Shown here piece by piece: positions 24,911 through 37,315 of a stretch of 64,000 nucleotides of DNA. How positions within the stretch are numbered: the stretch's first letter is position 1; each line of letters starts with the position of its first letter. The position numbers were made by a program, and so were the translations under genes. The notes below the pieces were generated by a model. That model ran no database searches, was not told where the DNA came from, and saw only the letters and a program-made list of their open reading frames with translations. Source of the stretch: Selaginella moellendorffii (Eukaryota > Plantae > Lycopodiophyta); NCBI RefSeq assembly GCF_000143415.4, contig NW_003314279.1:206831-270830 (forward strand). Reading direction: 5' to 3'.

Positions 24911-27900
24911 TCTCAGACTCCATCTTGAGTCCTTATCAGACTCTATCTCAGGTCCATCTTGGACCCCATCTCAGACTCCATCTTAGACTCCTTTTTAGAT
25001 TTCATCTCAGACTCCATCTCATGCTCCATCTTGACACTTCCACATGTTATGTGTTGGTCCTCTTGTGTCCCTTTTCTAGAGATTCACTTACTGCTTGCTT
25101 TATGCTTGTTTCTCGAGCTCTTCATTGGGAATTCCACTCCGAGTTTTTAGTCCACATGTGTTATGCTCGTTTGGCTTCCGCTTTGGCCACTATTACATGA
25201 CACCTTCTTGGCTACACTTTGGGGCTTAGGGATTTGTGTCTCACAACTCCACCACCCATAGACGAAGTTTGAAGTCCTCATCGAATAATAAATCATTTTA
25301 TAAAGTAATACTATTAAATATTACCCTTTAAGGAGTCTCTGATATAGGGACTTATCCAACTATTTGTGGTAGTTCTTTCCCTTTATTAGTTTAGTTCTCA
25401 CTAAACATGTTAGAGACACCTTCTTTATCTCAATCCCTTTATTCATTCTTGAGTAGTCTCAACTTCTATCGATATAACCATTGCACTTGGAATTTTTTAT
25501 TTTAACTTCTCAAAGTCAATTTTTTTGGTGTGTTTGACACTTTGCATTGCACATATTATGTAAACTCCACTTTCCTATCCTAAGAAGTTCTCTACTTAAT
25601 AGCACTATCATCATTTCTTTTATTTCATGCCACCTTTGGCATTAAGTTCTAATTATCATAATTTGTGCTAGGGTTGTCTACGGCCGTATCATTTGGCTAC
25701 GTTGCCACTCCTTCCTTTGGAGCTTCCACTTTTGCCAAATTGAAGCATTTAAAAATCCATCCTTGGAAATATATTGCTTTTCCCACAATCTGTTAACATA
25801 AAATACATTAGTGTTGCTTGCATAACCTTTTATTTGGATTCCTTTTAATGATTCCCATAGCCCTCTCTTGGCTAATAATCTTTTGCTTCTATCATTTGAT
25901 TATTGCATTAAGTAGCATAAGATCATTACCTTCATCTTTAAGGTATCCTTTTGTTTCCATAGTAAAGATTTTATTTTTGATAAGTCTAGAGAGTGTTCTT
26001 TTTAGTAAGTCTTTTTTAGCATTTTTTGTTGTGGGTTCTATCCATGACCTAACTTTGTGACCCTTCCATGGGTCTTTCCTTAGAGACTATTTTTTGGACA
26101 TTGCATCGACATCGTTTATTTCCCTTATATGTCCTTTCCATTTGGTTTCCTTGATCAAGTCACACTCTTACAGTATTCCCTAACCAAAAAAGGATCTTGT
26201 CCTTGTTTAACTACAAGATCACCTAGTGATCTCATCTTGACCCCTTAATAGGTTTGTTAATAAGAATTAGATCTTCTAGAACTTTAAATTGTTAATTATG
26301 ACCCCGGGGGCATCCCCCACACTTAACAATGCACCCAAGCCAGACCTTCTAGCCAAGGATTCATAACAATTGAAACTAGATGCCCTCATCTCATTCACCA
26401 CGGCTTTGGTGCTACTTGCACCAAAGTGTTTAAATTAGATATACCGAGCTTTCACACTAGGCAATCTAATCATGCATCACAACTCCGAAACATCCCCTAT
26501 TTGGCGGTGTGCCCAAGCTAGTCTCCGCATTAAGAGTTTATAACCACCAGAAAATGAATGTCTTCATATTCCAAACTATCACCATACCCTAGTGAGTTAA
26601 CCACTAGAGGGTTGGGACTCAAACCCAACCTCTATATATACATCTAAGGATGGCATCACCTAAGATGCCTGGTGTGATTCCTCACACTAGTGCACCAAAT
26701 TATATTTAAAGAATGTTATGGATCACAGCTTAGGAACTTAGTTCTTTCAAACTGCCAAGTCGTCTCATTTGACAAGTTTTTGATCATGCATGAACTCCTC
26801 CATGTTTGGCTCTATATGCCATCCCTTTTGAAGTTGACACTTTCAACTAGGGTCTTTATTCCCCTGACTTGTCAATCTCACTTAGCAAGTCATCTGACCA
26901 ATGTAATATGGTTTCATGCATAAGTGTGAAAGTCCTTAACCATTGGCTTTCATTCAAAGCCATTTTTTTGAACACTTAGAAACTATTTAACCTTGATAGC
27001 CTTGCTTTATGGCAAGCTTTAAGACCATGCTTCTTCTGCTCCACTTGGATTTTGCGTAATCTATGAACCATTTACAATTGATTTTCTAAGTACTAACATA
27101 TCTAATTAGTATGTGATTGTGTATGGACTCTTCTATGCTTGGCCCCATAGGCCATCCTTTTTTAAATCAACACCTTTAACTAAAGTCTTTGTTCCTTTAA
27201 TTTGCCATTATGGCTTAGTAAGTCACTTGACTAGCATAACATGGTTTTATGCATAAGTGTGAAAATCCTTAAACATTGACTTTCTTCAAAACCATCTCTT
27301 TGAACATTTAGGAACTACTTCCTCAACTTTGATAGCCTCGCCTCATGACAAGTTTCAAAGTCATGCGTTTGCAACACCACTCTAATTTTACACATTCTTA
27401 TAAATCATTTACACTTGTTTTTCTAAGTACTAACCTACCCAGTAAATTTTTTGAGAACATATAATGCTAAAACTAAAGCTTCTCCTTTTGTAAGCTTCTT
27501 AACTGCCTAGTCCAACATAGGCAATCCCATATTTTAGACTCACCATAGCACCATAGTTACTAACAATAACACATTCAAGTACCTACTTGATTCCCCACTC
27601 TCAATTTGTATAACCACTTTTGATTATGCTCTTTGATCTTTATAGTTTAGCTCTATCCCTTTACTACTTGCTTTTCGCCTTATACATTCCCTTTGGTTAT
27701 TCACTAGAAGGGTAGTTTTGTACTTTTTACTATGCCTTAGGAAGTACTATTAAGGATAAATTTAAATCCTTTTGGGTTTGTCCAATTTAGAGAGATGGAC
27801 TTCTCTTGTCTCCGTAACTTTGGACGTAAGATAGCACCTCCTATCCATTATTTACTAAGGATTTTCAATCTAGATATGCTCACTTTATAATTTCACACAT

Positions 27901-29656
27901 TGAAATTAATATTACTATCCATAGGCTTTTGTATGCTTGTTACTAGCTTTGCCAAAATCCTTTTGGTTTTGTCCAATTTAAATAAATGAACTTTTCCCAT
28001 CTCTACAATCTTGGATATAAGATAACACCTTCTATCTATTATTTACTAAAGACTTAATATTTTGGGTTTTATTTAATGCATTTATGATACTCCTGGTGTT
28101 TTAGAGTGCTTAAGTGTCTTAATGATAACCTTATTTGACAATAAGCATTTCTTTTTACGTTATTGACTCATTATATTGCAACATAAATAATTTATCCCCT
28201 AAAGGATATATCTAACCTCTTTCTTATCCTAATAAAAAGTCTTAAGAAATTAACTTTCACCAATCCCATCAATTATGCCACACCTTTTATTTAGTTGCTT
28301 CATACTCATAAAGTCTTACAACTCATTGTTAATGCTTCCACACCTCCATCATTATTTAGGTTAATACATTCAAGTTGCATACCTTCTAGCTTAAGCTATG
28401 CCAATCCCATTTTCATTGAGATTCCTTTAGTAAAGATTCATTTGCTTAACTAAATGACAATTTAAGATTTCTTTCCTTAGTGCCCTTCCGGTCTAAGTGC
28501 ACATGTGATGAGCAGTTTCTCAACTAGCTTAGGCGGAGACTAATAAAGGGTTCAACAATACCAACCTCTTGCTATCATGACACTAAGGAAAGAATATCCA
28601 AAAGGATTAGACGACAGGTAATTTTCGATACCCAAAGTCACATTTGCAGCACTAGCTCTTGAACATTTCACCAAGTTACCCCATTTGTTCATCTATGTTC
28701 ACTTTAGCCTTAGACTCCTTAGTGGTTATATCATCACCCACTACATGGATATAGCTTTCCTTGGTCACATTGGCCTTTCCTAGCTAAATTAGTTCCATTA
28801 GAGTCCTCCCTCTACTATCCTTTTAGAGCTTACCAAATCCCCCAAGGTTTGGGAGACAATTGCTTTAGACTTTCACCCTTGGACTTGAACTCGGACTTGG
28901 ATTCAGACTTGGACTCGGACTTGGACTTAGACTTGAACTCAGACTTGGACTCGGACTCAGACTCAGTCTCGATCTCAATTTCGGTCTTAGTCTCAATCTC
29001 AATCTCGGTTCTGATCATAGTCTCGGTCTCAGCCTCGATCTCAATCCCAGTCTCAGTTTCCATCTCAAACTCAACCTCGGGCTCTATCTCAAACTCCATC
29101 TCGGACTTCATCTTGGGTCCATCTCAAACTCCTTCTTGTACTTCATCTCAAACTCCATCTCATGTCCATTTTAGACTCCAACTCAGACTCCATTTCGGAC
29201 TCCAACTCAGATTCCATTTCGGACTCCATCTCAGACTCCTTCTTGGACTCCATCTCGGGTCCATCTTAGACTCTTTCTTGGAATCTATCTTGGGTCCATC
29301 TCGGACTCGGTCCTGACACTTGCATGTATTATGTGTTAGTCCTCTTGTGTCCCTTTTTTAGAGGCTTGCTTGATCACTTTATGCTCATTCCTTGAGCACT
29401 TCTTTGAGAGTTCCACTCCCGCTTTTGATTTTTCAAGTTAGAATTTTTAGTCCAAATGTGTGATGCTCGTTTGGCTTCTGCTTTGACCACTATTAGTTTT
29501 GGTATTTAGAATATTCTTTAATCAATTAATCCAAAGAGCCTTTCCATTATAAGTCTTTGGTTACTTATCAATAAAACCCTTGGATGTAGGACCCCAATAG
29601 TAGGCCATACCCCTCTCAACCTCATCATGGCACCCTCTTGGCTCCTGTGTCTCACA
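24911..29656 (-). mobile_element. Decayed LTR retrotransposon; left LTR runs into the gap
   Basis: Direct repeats (24911-25245 and about 29100-29656) both end in gtgtctcaca, i.e. TGTGAGA LTR starts on the minus strand. A purine-rich tract GGGTGGTGGAGT (25246-25257, minus) abuts the 3' LTR. No intact gag-pol. Confidence 0.75.
28880..29310. repeat. 6-bp and 12-bp tandem arrays (gactcg/gacttg, ccatctcagact) in or next to the LTR
   Basis: Visible periodicity; the same 12-mer array occurs at 24911-25030. Confidence 0.85.
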
Positions 29657-29659
29657 GTA

Positions 29660-31661
29660 ATTCCAATAAAGAACTAACAATTTCAATATCAATCACTAAT
29701 TCTTTCTCTTGGAAAGCTAGCACAATCTATTACTAAATCATACTTCAAAGAAAGCCAAAGCTCAACCTTTATTAAGCAATCTTGTCTAGAACAAGATTAA
29801 CTCAACTTGCCACTTAGTTCTTTTGAACATTAATATAAGTATTAACTAGCAAAATGAATGCTAATGACACAAAGGTACAACCAACTACTAACACCATCTT
29901 AATTGAGACTAGTGAAATGAAATTTTAATCTCTATTAAGTCCAACTATTCACCAACTATCTAAACCACTATAGGTGAAAAATCCAACTACTTCCTCAATA
30001 TGCCCATGGAAACAACAAATCATCTCACTTCACTCTCAACTCTAATAATATCAATATCAAAACATCATTTCAATGTTATCAATATCACATCAAGAAGAGA
30101 ATCACCACATCCAAGACTCAATAAAATACAACATCACAGATTAAATGCAACTAAATAACATTGACAGAAGGGGAATCAACATACCAATATGGAAAACTAT
30201 ATAAGGGTAATGATATGATCCTCAACAATACCATTTGGTAAAACAAACTCATCACTGCTAGATTATTATTAAACAAAAAAAGTGTTAATAGTCCTCAACA
30301 AAGTTTACAAATAATCATTAGTCATAAAGAAACCAATAATCACTCTTCATCTCAACTTTGTAAAACTCAAACATTACACTCGTGTCATCAAATCATATAT
30401 TTATCCAATGGAAAGGTAACTCTCTAAGTACAATATATATATACATATACATATATATACATATACATACATATACACATACATACATACATATACACAT
30501 ACATATATAAATACACATATATACACATATACATATACATATATATACACATATACATATATACATATATATACACATATATACACATATATATACACAT
30601 ATACATACATATATACATACATATATATATATATACATACAGACATACATACATACATATATATACATATATACACACATATATATACATACATACATAC
30701 ATATACATACATACATATATACATACATATATATGAACATGGATAAGTACAAACAAAATGACTACTCAAGTCTAACTTAACTATAATAAGCTCATTAATG
30801 TGTTTAGCCAATAGCTCTGAACATATCAAAAGAGGCTAACTATGCATGATCAACACCCAGCTAAAACTAAACTGAAGATCATGAAATGGACTCATATGGT
30901 ACATAACCTTTTAATGAACAATACTATATTATAGGTACTAATATATCAACTGCAAACAACTATGTTGGATATACTAAGGAGTAAAGTCACCAAGACTAAA
31001 TCAAGATTAATGAGAGCTCACTACTCTTATAGAGTCTAACAAAATGTAAAGTGCAACTTACTAAGCATAATACTATAGAAACAAGGCACAAATGTCACTT
31101 TTCTAAAAAAGTACAATGGCCATTTTTCATCAGACTCTTTATAACTCAATTGCCTTAACCTCAAAAGTTAACATTCTTTTCAGGTGTATCATATAAACTA
31201 TTTATTAAGGTTTAAGTTAACTGAAGTCAACTCTAACCCTTTCTCTAGTTTACAATGGCTCACGAAAACAAAATGGTTTTCAAGCAAAATGATTAATAGA
31301 TTAGCATAGGAAAAGTCTAAGAAAATTTATGAAAGAATTTTCCATCATAAAGAAAAAATGACTCTCAATTTAGGATTGTAAATTCTCAAACTTTACTAAC
31401 TTCTTCCTACTTACAACTTCACTTAACACAAATTTTCATAATTCAACAATATACTTAAGCATTAAATATCATGCCTAATCAACATCCAACAAAGATATAT
31501 GCAAATGCTAATGAATACCCAAAACTTGATTATAATGACCACATTTTCAAATCTCCATACTACATTTACACTCTTTTTCAATCACCTTCAAAATCCAATA
31601 TGAAGCCAAAATCCTCAATTTAGACTTCCCAAAAGGTCACATAACTAGTACTATTGAAATC
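29660..31661 (+). mobile_element. Probable Ty3/gypsy (chromovirus-like) relic
   Basis: Degenerate DMIL-IPF protease-like motif near 30211 and chromodomain-like IISHK...IQWKG...TW near 30315-30742. Riddled with stops. Confidence 0.4.
30432..30734. repeat. Compound (TA/CA/TACA) microsatellite
   Basis: About 300 bp of atacat/atat/acac units. Confidence 0.95.
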
Positions 31662-32064
31662 NNNNNNNNNNNNNNNNNNNNNNNNNNNNNNNNNNNNNNN
31701 NNNNNNNNNNNNNNNNNNNNNNNNNNNNNNNNNNNNNNNNNNNNNNNNNNNNNNNNNNNNNNNNNNNNNNNNNNNNNNNNNNNNNNNNNNNNNNNNNNNN
31801 NNNNNNNNNNNNNNNNNNNNNNNNNNNNNNNNNNNNNNNNNNNNNNNNNNNNNNNNNNNNNNNNNNNNNNNNNNNNNNNNNNNNNNNNNNNNNNNNNNNN
31901 NNNNNNNNNNNNNNNNNNNNNNNNNNNNNNNNNNNNNNNNNNNNNNNNNNNNNNNNNNNNNNNNNNNNNNNNNNNNNNNNNNNNNNNNNNNNNNNNNNNN
32001 NNNNNNNNNNNNNNNNNNNNNNNNNNNNNNNNNNNNNNNNNNNNNNNNNNNNNNNNNNNNNNNN
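31662..32064. other. Assembly gap (403 N)
   Basis: Run of N. Confidence 1.
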
Positions 32065-35007
32065 CAATAATACTCAAACCCAAGGATGCTTAACCCTAAA
32101 TATCCCAAGACATTTAACCAGATGCACTTTTATTCATAGGCCTTTTCCCTTACATGTGAACCCCATAGATCATCTTTTAAGTTGTTCTTTTTTGTTTGCT
32201 TATAAATAACTTCTCCATCAACCACTTTAGGGTTGATTATTGTTTATCTAAGAAACTTCGTAAATACAATGCTTACAATCATATTAGTATGATATAAACA
32301 TCATAATAACAAAGCAATATCATGAGCAACACTCATATCGCTATTACAAAGATTTATATGAATATCAAGTGCTAACTCTATTACACAAAATGCACTATAA
32401 TACTACACCCCATTGATAACCTAATACTATTAACTTTTGTTCACAACATAGATAAACTCATGCCACTCTCTATCTGACTAAACTCAACATTAATCCAAAA
32501 TCAAACTACTCAAGGAGCAATAACAAAGTTCCCCATAAAATAATTATATATTGTAACCCAAGCCTTCCAATAGCAACTCTAAGCAAAATGTTTTAGCACT
32601 TCACCACTATCCATCCCATGACTCACCATTTATAAGACCATCATAACCAACATGTATTAAAGTAAAGATTCTTGATTGCATGATATGAACATGAGCAATG
32701 AGATTATACCTCATTATGAATTATTTCTCAAAAAAGAGAAGATGATTTACACATTTGATCTTTCATCACTAATCACTCCCTTTTCAAACTCAACTTTGAT
32801 TAAACCTCAAGCTTGCATTCATATTGCCTTTAGTCCAATCTAATAAAAGTTTATAAAAAACCACAGCAATGTTTATATGAACTAATAAACTAATCCCCAT
32901 AATCTTAATTGATCCACTCATTATCATGCATAGGAAGGAACCACTAATGTCATGTTAAATACCAACCTATTCACCACTCATAATAAATCCAAAATAAGTT
33001 TACTTTTTACCCATGATAATATAAAACAATTTATGGTAACCACTAATATGTTAACATTAATCCTGCAAACTCAAAATGTAACCTTATGTTGCTAATATAT
33101 CTCACACATGAGCCCAAGCACAAACTTGTGCAAATGGTACATCTCAATCCATCCTATAAGCCCAAGTGCAAACTCACACAATCTAGTACAAAAAGGTAAC
33201 CAAGATCCATACTTATAGAACAAATGTAAAATCATAGCACCCAAATGTCTACTCACTTGGATTATTATCTTCATTTTTACATATACACACAAATGGAAGC
33301 TAGACTATGCTTCAGGTTAATCGGCCATACTCGATCTACCCACTATCCCTACTAGCATTTTCCCTTTATATTTAAACTATAATAAACTATTATATTTTAC
33401 TTTATGATTATCTCTTTTGAAAGTCTTAACAAGTATATCAAACCATCAATTTATAGCTAGAGGTACAAAATATCATCTGGTATATACATAGCTATATATG
33501 ATGCCACTCATAATACTCCCTCTCATGTTATAAAATAATGGTTGCAATGAATTGTAATTTCTCATTTGATATGAGAGGACATTTTTTTTTGTCAACTACT
33601 AAGGGTATTTGTGATTGCTATTAAATACTTCCTCTTTAATTGAGTGGTGTTTTAGCATTTGTCTAGAGAAAATTTTCTTAAGATTTTTTTTTGTATTTAT
33701 GGGTGATGCATTTCATATTTTGATATTCTGATTAGGAATATGTTTAATTTCTCAATTGCATAATGATGTCCTATATTCCCCCTTAAATAGGAGAATTGTG
33801 GTAAATGTGGAGAAAATGAAAGAGATAGTTGTCAAGATGATATTGAAAATGTAAATACTAAAATAATAAATTATCAACAAAAAATATAAAATTCTCAAAA
33901 CTATCATAAAGCCTTCAAATCCACAACTCACCATTTAACTTCCTAAACATCATGAAGAGGAAGTAAATTCACCTTTATATTTTGTGGATATTGAAAATTG
34001 AGTATAACAATCACCAATAGCACATAATCTTCATCTAGAAAATTCACTAACACTAGAACAATAAACTCTTTAAGAATATGAAGAGAGAGAGAAGGAGGGA
34101 AATAAGCTTGAGATAAAGCATCAATATCAAACATTGAATTCCCATAGTGATAACAAACCTTGGAGTTGTAGATTTGAAACTTTAAGGATTTCATGATTTT
34201 TGGATAACACCATAATTAATAAAAGAGAATGATTTATGTTTTTTCAATTAATTAAGGGTCTTAGGATTAAGTTTAAATAGTATTGTGTTCAGTGATGAAC
34301 ACCATTTTTTAATATCTCCTTGACATTTACTCATATGATTTTGATTAATATTGATTAATATTGGTTGATTAATATTGAATATGAACTTTGATCGGATGAG
34401 CATCCCTAGATGGAATAAGATGGCCTATTAGAATCTTGGTCCCAAGAGACAAGTCAACATTGAAAAGATCACCATTTTCCTCTTTGAGCTAATCAACCTC
34501 CATGCATAGAAACCTCCATGAGATAAGGAATAGAATAAAAAGAAAGAAAGACAGTAAGTAATGAAAATAGAAGTAGAAGCACAGGGGAAAAATGAAATAT
34601 ACGAAATAAACAAAAAATGAGAAATGAAAGAACTATGAGGAAATATACAACAAAGAGAAGTTTCAAAGTTGCATTTGGCATAAGCCGCTACCAGTCTCTC
34701 ACACCAATCTGACCAAAATATTTGTTCTAGGAAATCCATCACACCCCATCTATGCTTGGCTGGGAGCAACACAAATCATTGCAGGAGAAGCTGGATGCAT
34801 AATCAAGAGCAGCACTAGTAGCAGTGGCAAGAATCTCTAGCACGTGATGATTTTTTCTTCTGCTTCTTCGTTCACTCTATCAAGTTCGTTTCTATCAGGC
34901 CAGAGAATGGTAATTGTCTTTCTTTCTCTCCTTCACTACATTGAAAGTGGTTTTTCTGTGCTAGAACATCAAGAAATCCTTAAGGTCTACCTTGATGATG
35001 ATACTAC

Positions 35008-35282
35008 TGTTAGAAAGCATGCACAACTAGGGCACTGGTGTAGAAGGTCTTGGGTTCAATCCCTAGACTGTCCAGATCCATTTTCCAACATAGTATCAGA
35101 GCTATGGTTGGATGGCCTGTGGTAGGCATGGATTGGCAGGTAGGGAGATGTGGCCTGTTCAGCATAGAGGGGAGTGTTAGAACTAAACTGAGAATGCACA
35201 CAACTAGGGCAGGTAGCTCAGTGGTACCAATGTAGGAGGTCCTGGGTTCAATCCCTAGCCTGTCCAGATCCATTTTCCAACA
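35008..35282 (+). mobile_element. TRIM (miniature LTR retrotransposon) with tRNA-derived LTRs
   Basis: 5' LTR TGTTAG...CCAACA 35008-35090; PBS-like TAGTATCAGAGC 35091-35102; PPT AGAGGGGAG 35166-35174; 3' LTR 35175-35282. Flanks ACTAC/ACTAG; empty site near 14190. The 3' LTR has an A box (TAGCTCAGTGG) and both LTRs have a B box (GGTTCAATCC). Confidence 0.88.
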
Positions 35283-35624
35283 ACTAGGACACACAGACAA
35301 ATATCCATGTTTCGAACAGTTGAGGAACTAAATTCAAGTTTGCCATACAAGCGTCCATTCTTTCAGGTATGGATTTCGCTTTCCATGTCTTGGTTTTTCT
35401 TAACACTTATGCTATAGAACTCCGAGGTCGATCTGAGGCCACTTCTAAAGAATCTTTTGCCAGTGTGGGAGGTCAGCCGTCTTAGAACACGAGGAGAAAA
35501 AGTCTGACAGTTTGTTCCTCCAGGTTGAAAGATGATACTCTTTGGGATCGCAATTCTCTACTTGCAGAGGTTTCTTTTCTTGTTCTACGAGAAGATTGTC
35601 CTTACCAAAGTTTTGCAGATTCAA

Positions 35625-36539
35625 CGAACTGGACCGTGGTAATCCCAAGCAGAATCCCCGGAGAGCCCCTCCGTCCCGATCCAAATGGCAGCACTTGGAA
35701 GCTCTGGCCTTTTTCACATCGATGTCCGGATGCCGAAGAAACCGCTCGGGATCGAACTTGAGAGCCGATGTTGACGAGCGCCCGAGTTCCTCACGTATCC
35801 CTCCAGCTCGCAAGCTTGGTGAGGAATGCTCATGGGCCCTGGGGGATGGAGGCGCAATGTTTCCTTGACGATGGCTTGGAGGAAAGTCAGCTTTAGAAGA
35901 TCAGTCTCGTCCAGGCCCGGTTTTCTTTTTCAGCTCCTCCTGAGCTCGTGGATTTCTTACGAGCTCGTCTACAACCACTCCACCGTGATAGCGGTCCCAG
36001 CAGCGATCATATCCTACGAAGTTACGAGCATGTCAATCAAGGATTCCCAGATACGGGAAGAAGTCAGCCAGAGCGATACTTCCAGACACCGTGAGCGCCT
36101 CGAGCTCCTTCAAGAGCATGGACATCTCGTTCTTCCGGACTTGCTGGAACATCGCGACGCGCTTGGCAGTGAGGAGCTCCAGTTCCGGACGCACCTCCAG
36201 TGGTGGCCCAGATCATCCCACCTCCTCCATACCCGAAGTTCTCGCTGGCAATCGTCCTGGGCCTGGAAGAGAAGACGTGATCTAGCGTCTTGAGGAGCTC
36301 CATGGCGGCCACTGGCGGTGGAGATGACGAGCGTGTCGTGGATGCCGAACTTGAGGAGAATGAGGCCGCCATGTCTCTGGGAGAGCTTTTGCAAGGATTG
36401 GTGGGGACGAGGAGATGGAGATGGCTGAGGATGGAAGTCCCGGACGAGATGGTGGCGATTTGCTGCCTCGGCTACCACTGACAAGCTTAAGGAAGATGAG
36501 AGCAATGAAAGACGCAAAAACAATTCAAAGGAACTCCTT
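35625..36539 (-). pseudogene. Degraded CYP71-clan P450 (copy B1)
   Basis: Shares ATG to AAG and heme Cys to Ser with A1, plus its own deletions; 3' end lost. Confidence 0.92.
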
Positions 36540-37315
36540 CCAGGCACGCTGGAGGTATGAACTTCGACTTTTATGTGCATTGCGATGTGTTGTGGTGGAC
36601 TAAGCAAGTCATATACAAAGCCTATCCATTAGTCGCTGATGTCTACGTGATACAATTCTATAAAGACGGATTTGCCGCTGATATCCTTTGATAGTAAGAA
36701 ATTCAAGGCTATGCATTCCAGTCAAGCTGCATTCCAGTCAAGCTTTAACGTTCAAATTGTATATAAAAATGGGGAAGCTGCGTGTGCTCAAGCTGGCGAC
36801 TCTAAGAAAATCCTTTCCAAGCTCTGGAAGGAGTTCATCCGAACAGGGAAACTTTCCTCCAGACCTTTTGGCCGGATAGAGTTCCTGGAACCTGGAGGAA
36901 CATTTCCAGACAGTGGGAGCTCGGTCTCAAAGGAATGAAAATTAGCTGCGCAGTGATCAAGATGTTCTATATCCAGCTTCCAACACTGGAGGAACTGAAC
37001 TTAAGTTTGCCATACAAGCTTCCATTCTTTCAGGTATGGAGTTCGCTTTCTATGTCTTGTTTTTCTTCAACTTTTGCTGTAGAATTCCTGAGGTGCGAGG
37101 TCAGCCATCTTACGAAAAAAAAAACACAAGGAAAAGGAAAATGTCTGTCCGCTTGTTATTCCAGGTCGCCGAAGGATCGCGAATCACGATTCTCTACTTG
37201 CACAGGTTTCTTTTCTCGCGCTATGAAGATTGTCCTCACCAAATCTTTGCAGATTCAACTCAAATTAAATGAAGATCGTGAGAACTTGCAATAAAAGTGT
37301 GTTTTACCTTGACAA

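Larger units (their letters stand above)
22950..34650. mobile_element. AT-rich, CpG-depleted block of nested, decayed transposon sequence
   Basis: Abrupt drop in GC, CG dinucleotides rare, no intact ORFs, internal duplications, LTR pair, microsatellite and two assembly gaps. Confidence 0.75.

Noticed and set aside
28820-28840. Primer-binding site of the large LTR element (TGGTAAGCTC on minus)
   Set aside because: I could not match it to a tRNA 3' end or find the adjacent LTR-terminal CA, so that boundary is left undefined.
28849-29316. Long S/D/I-rich ORFs on both strands
   Set aside because: Produced by 6- and 12-bp tandem arrays associated with the LTR; no domain content.
30393-30829. Y/M/C/V/I-rich ORFs, and similar ones at 61665-62175
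   Set aside because: Translations of microsatellites.
31620-32108. Poly-X ORFs (also 24804-24986)
   Set aside because: Assembly gaps.
35207-35266. Possible tRNA gene
   Set aside because: The D-stem 3' strand and anticodon arm are missing and it sits in an LTR; reported as part of the TRIM.
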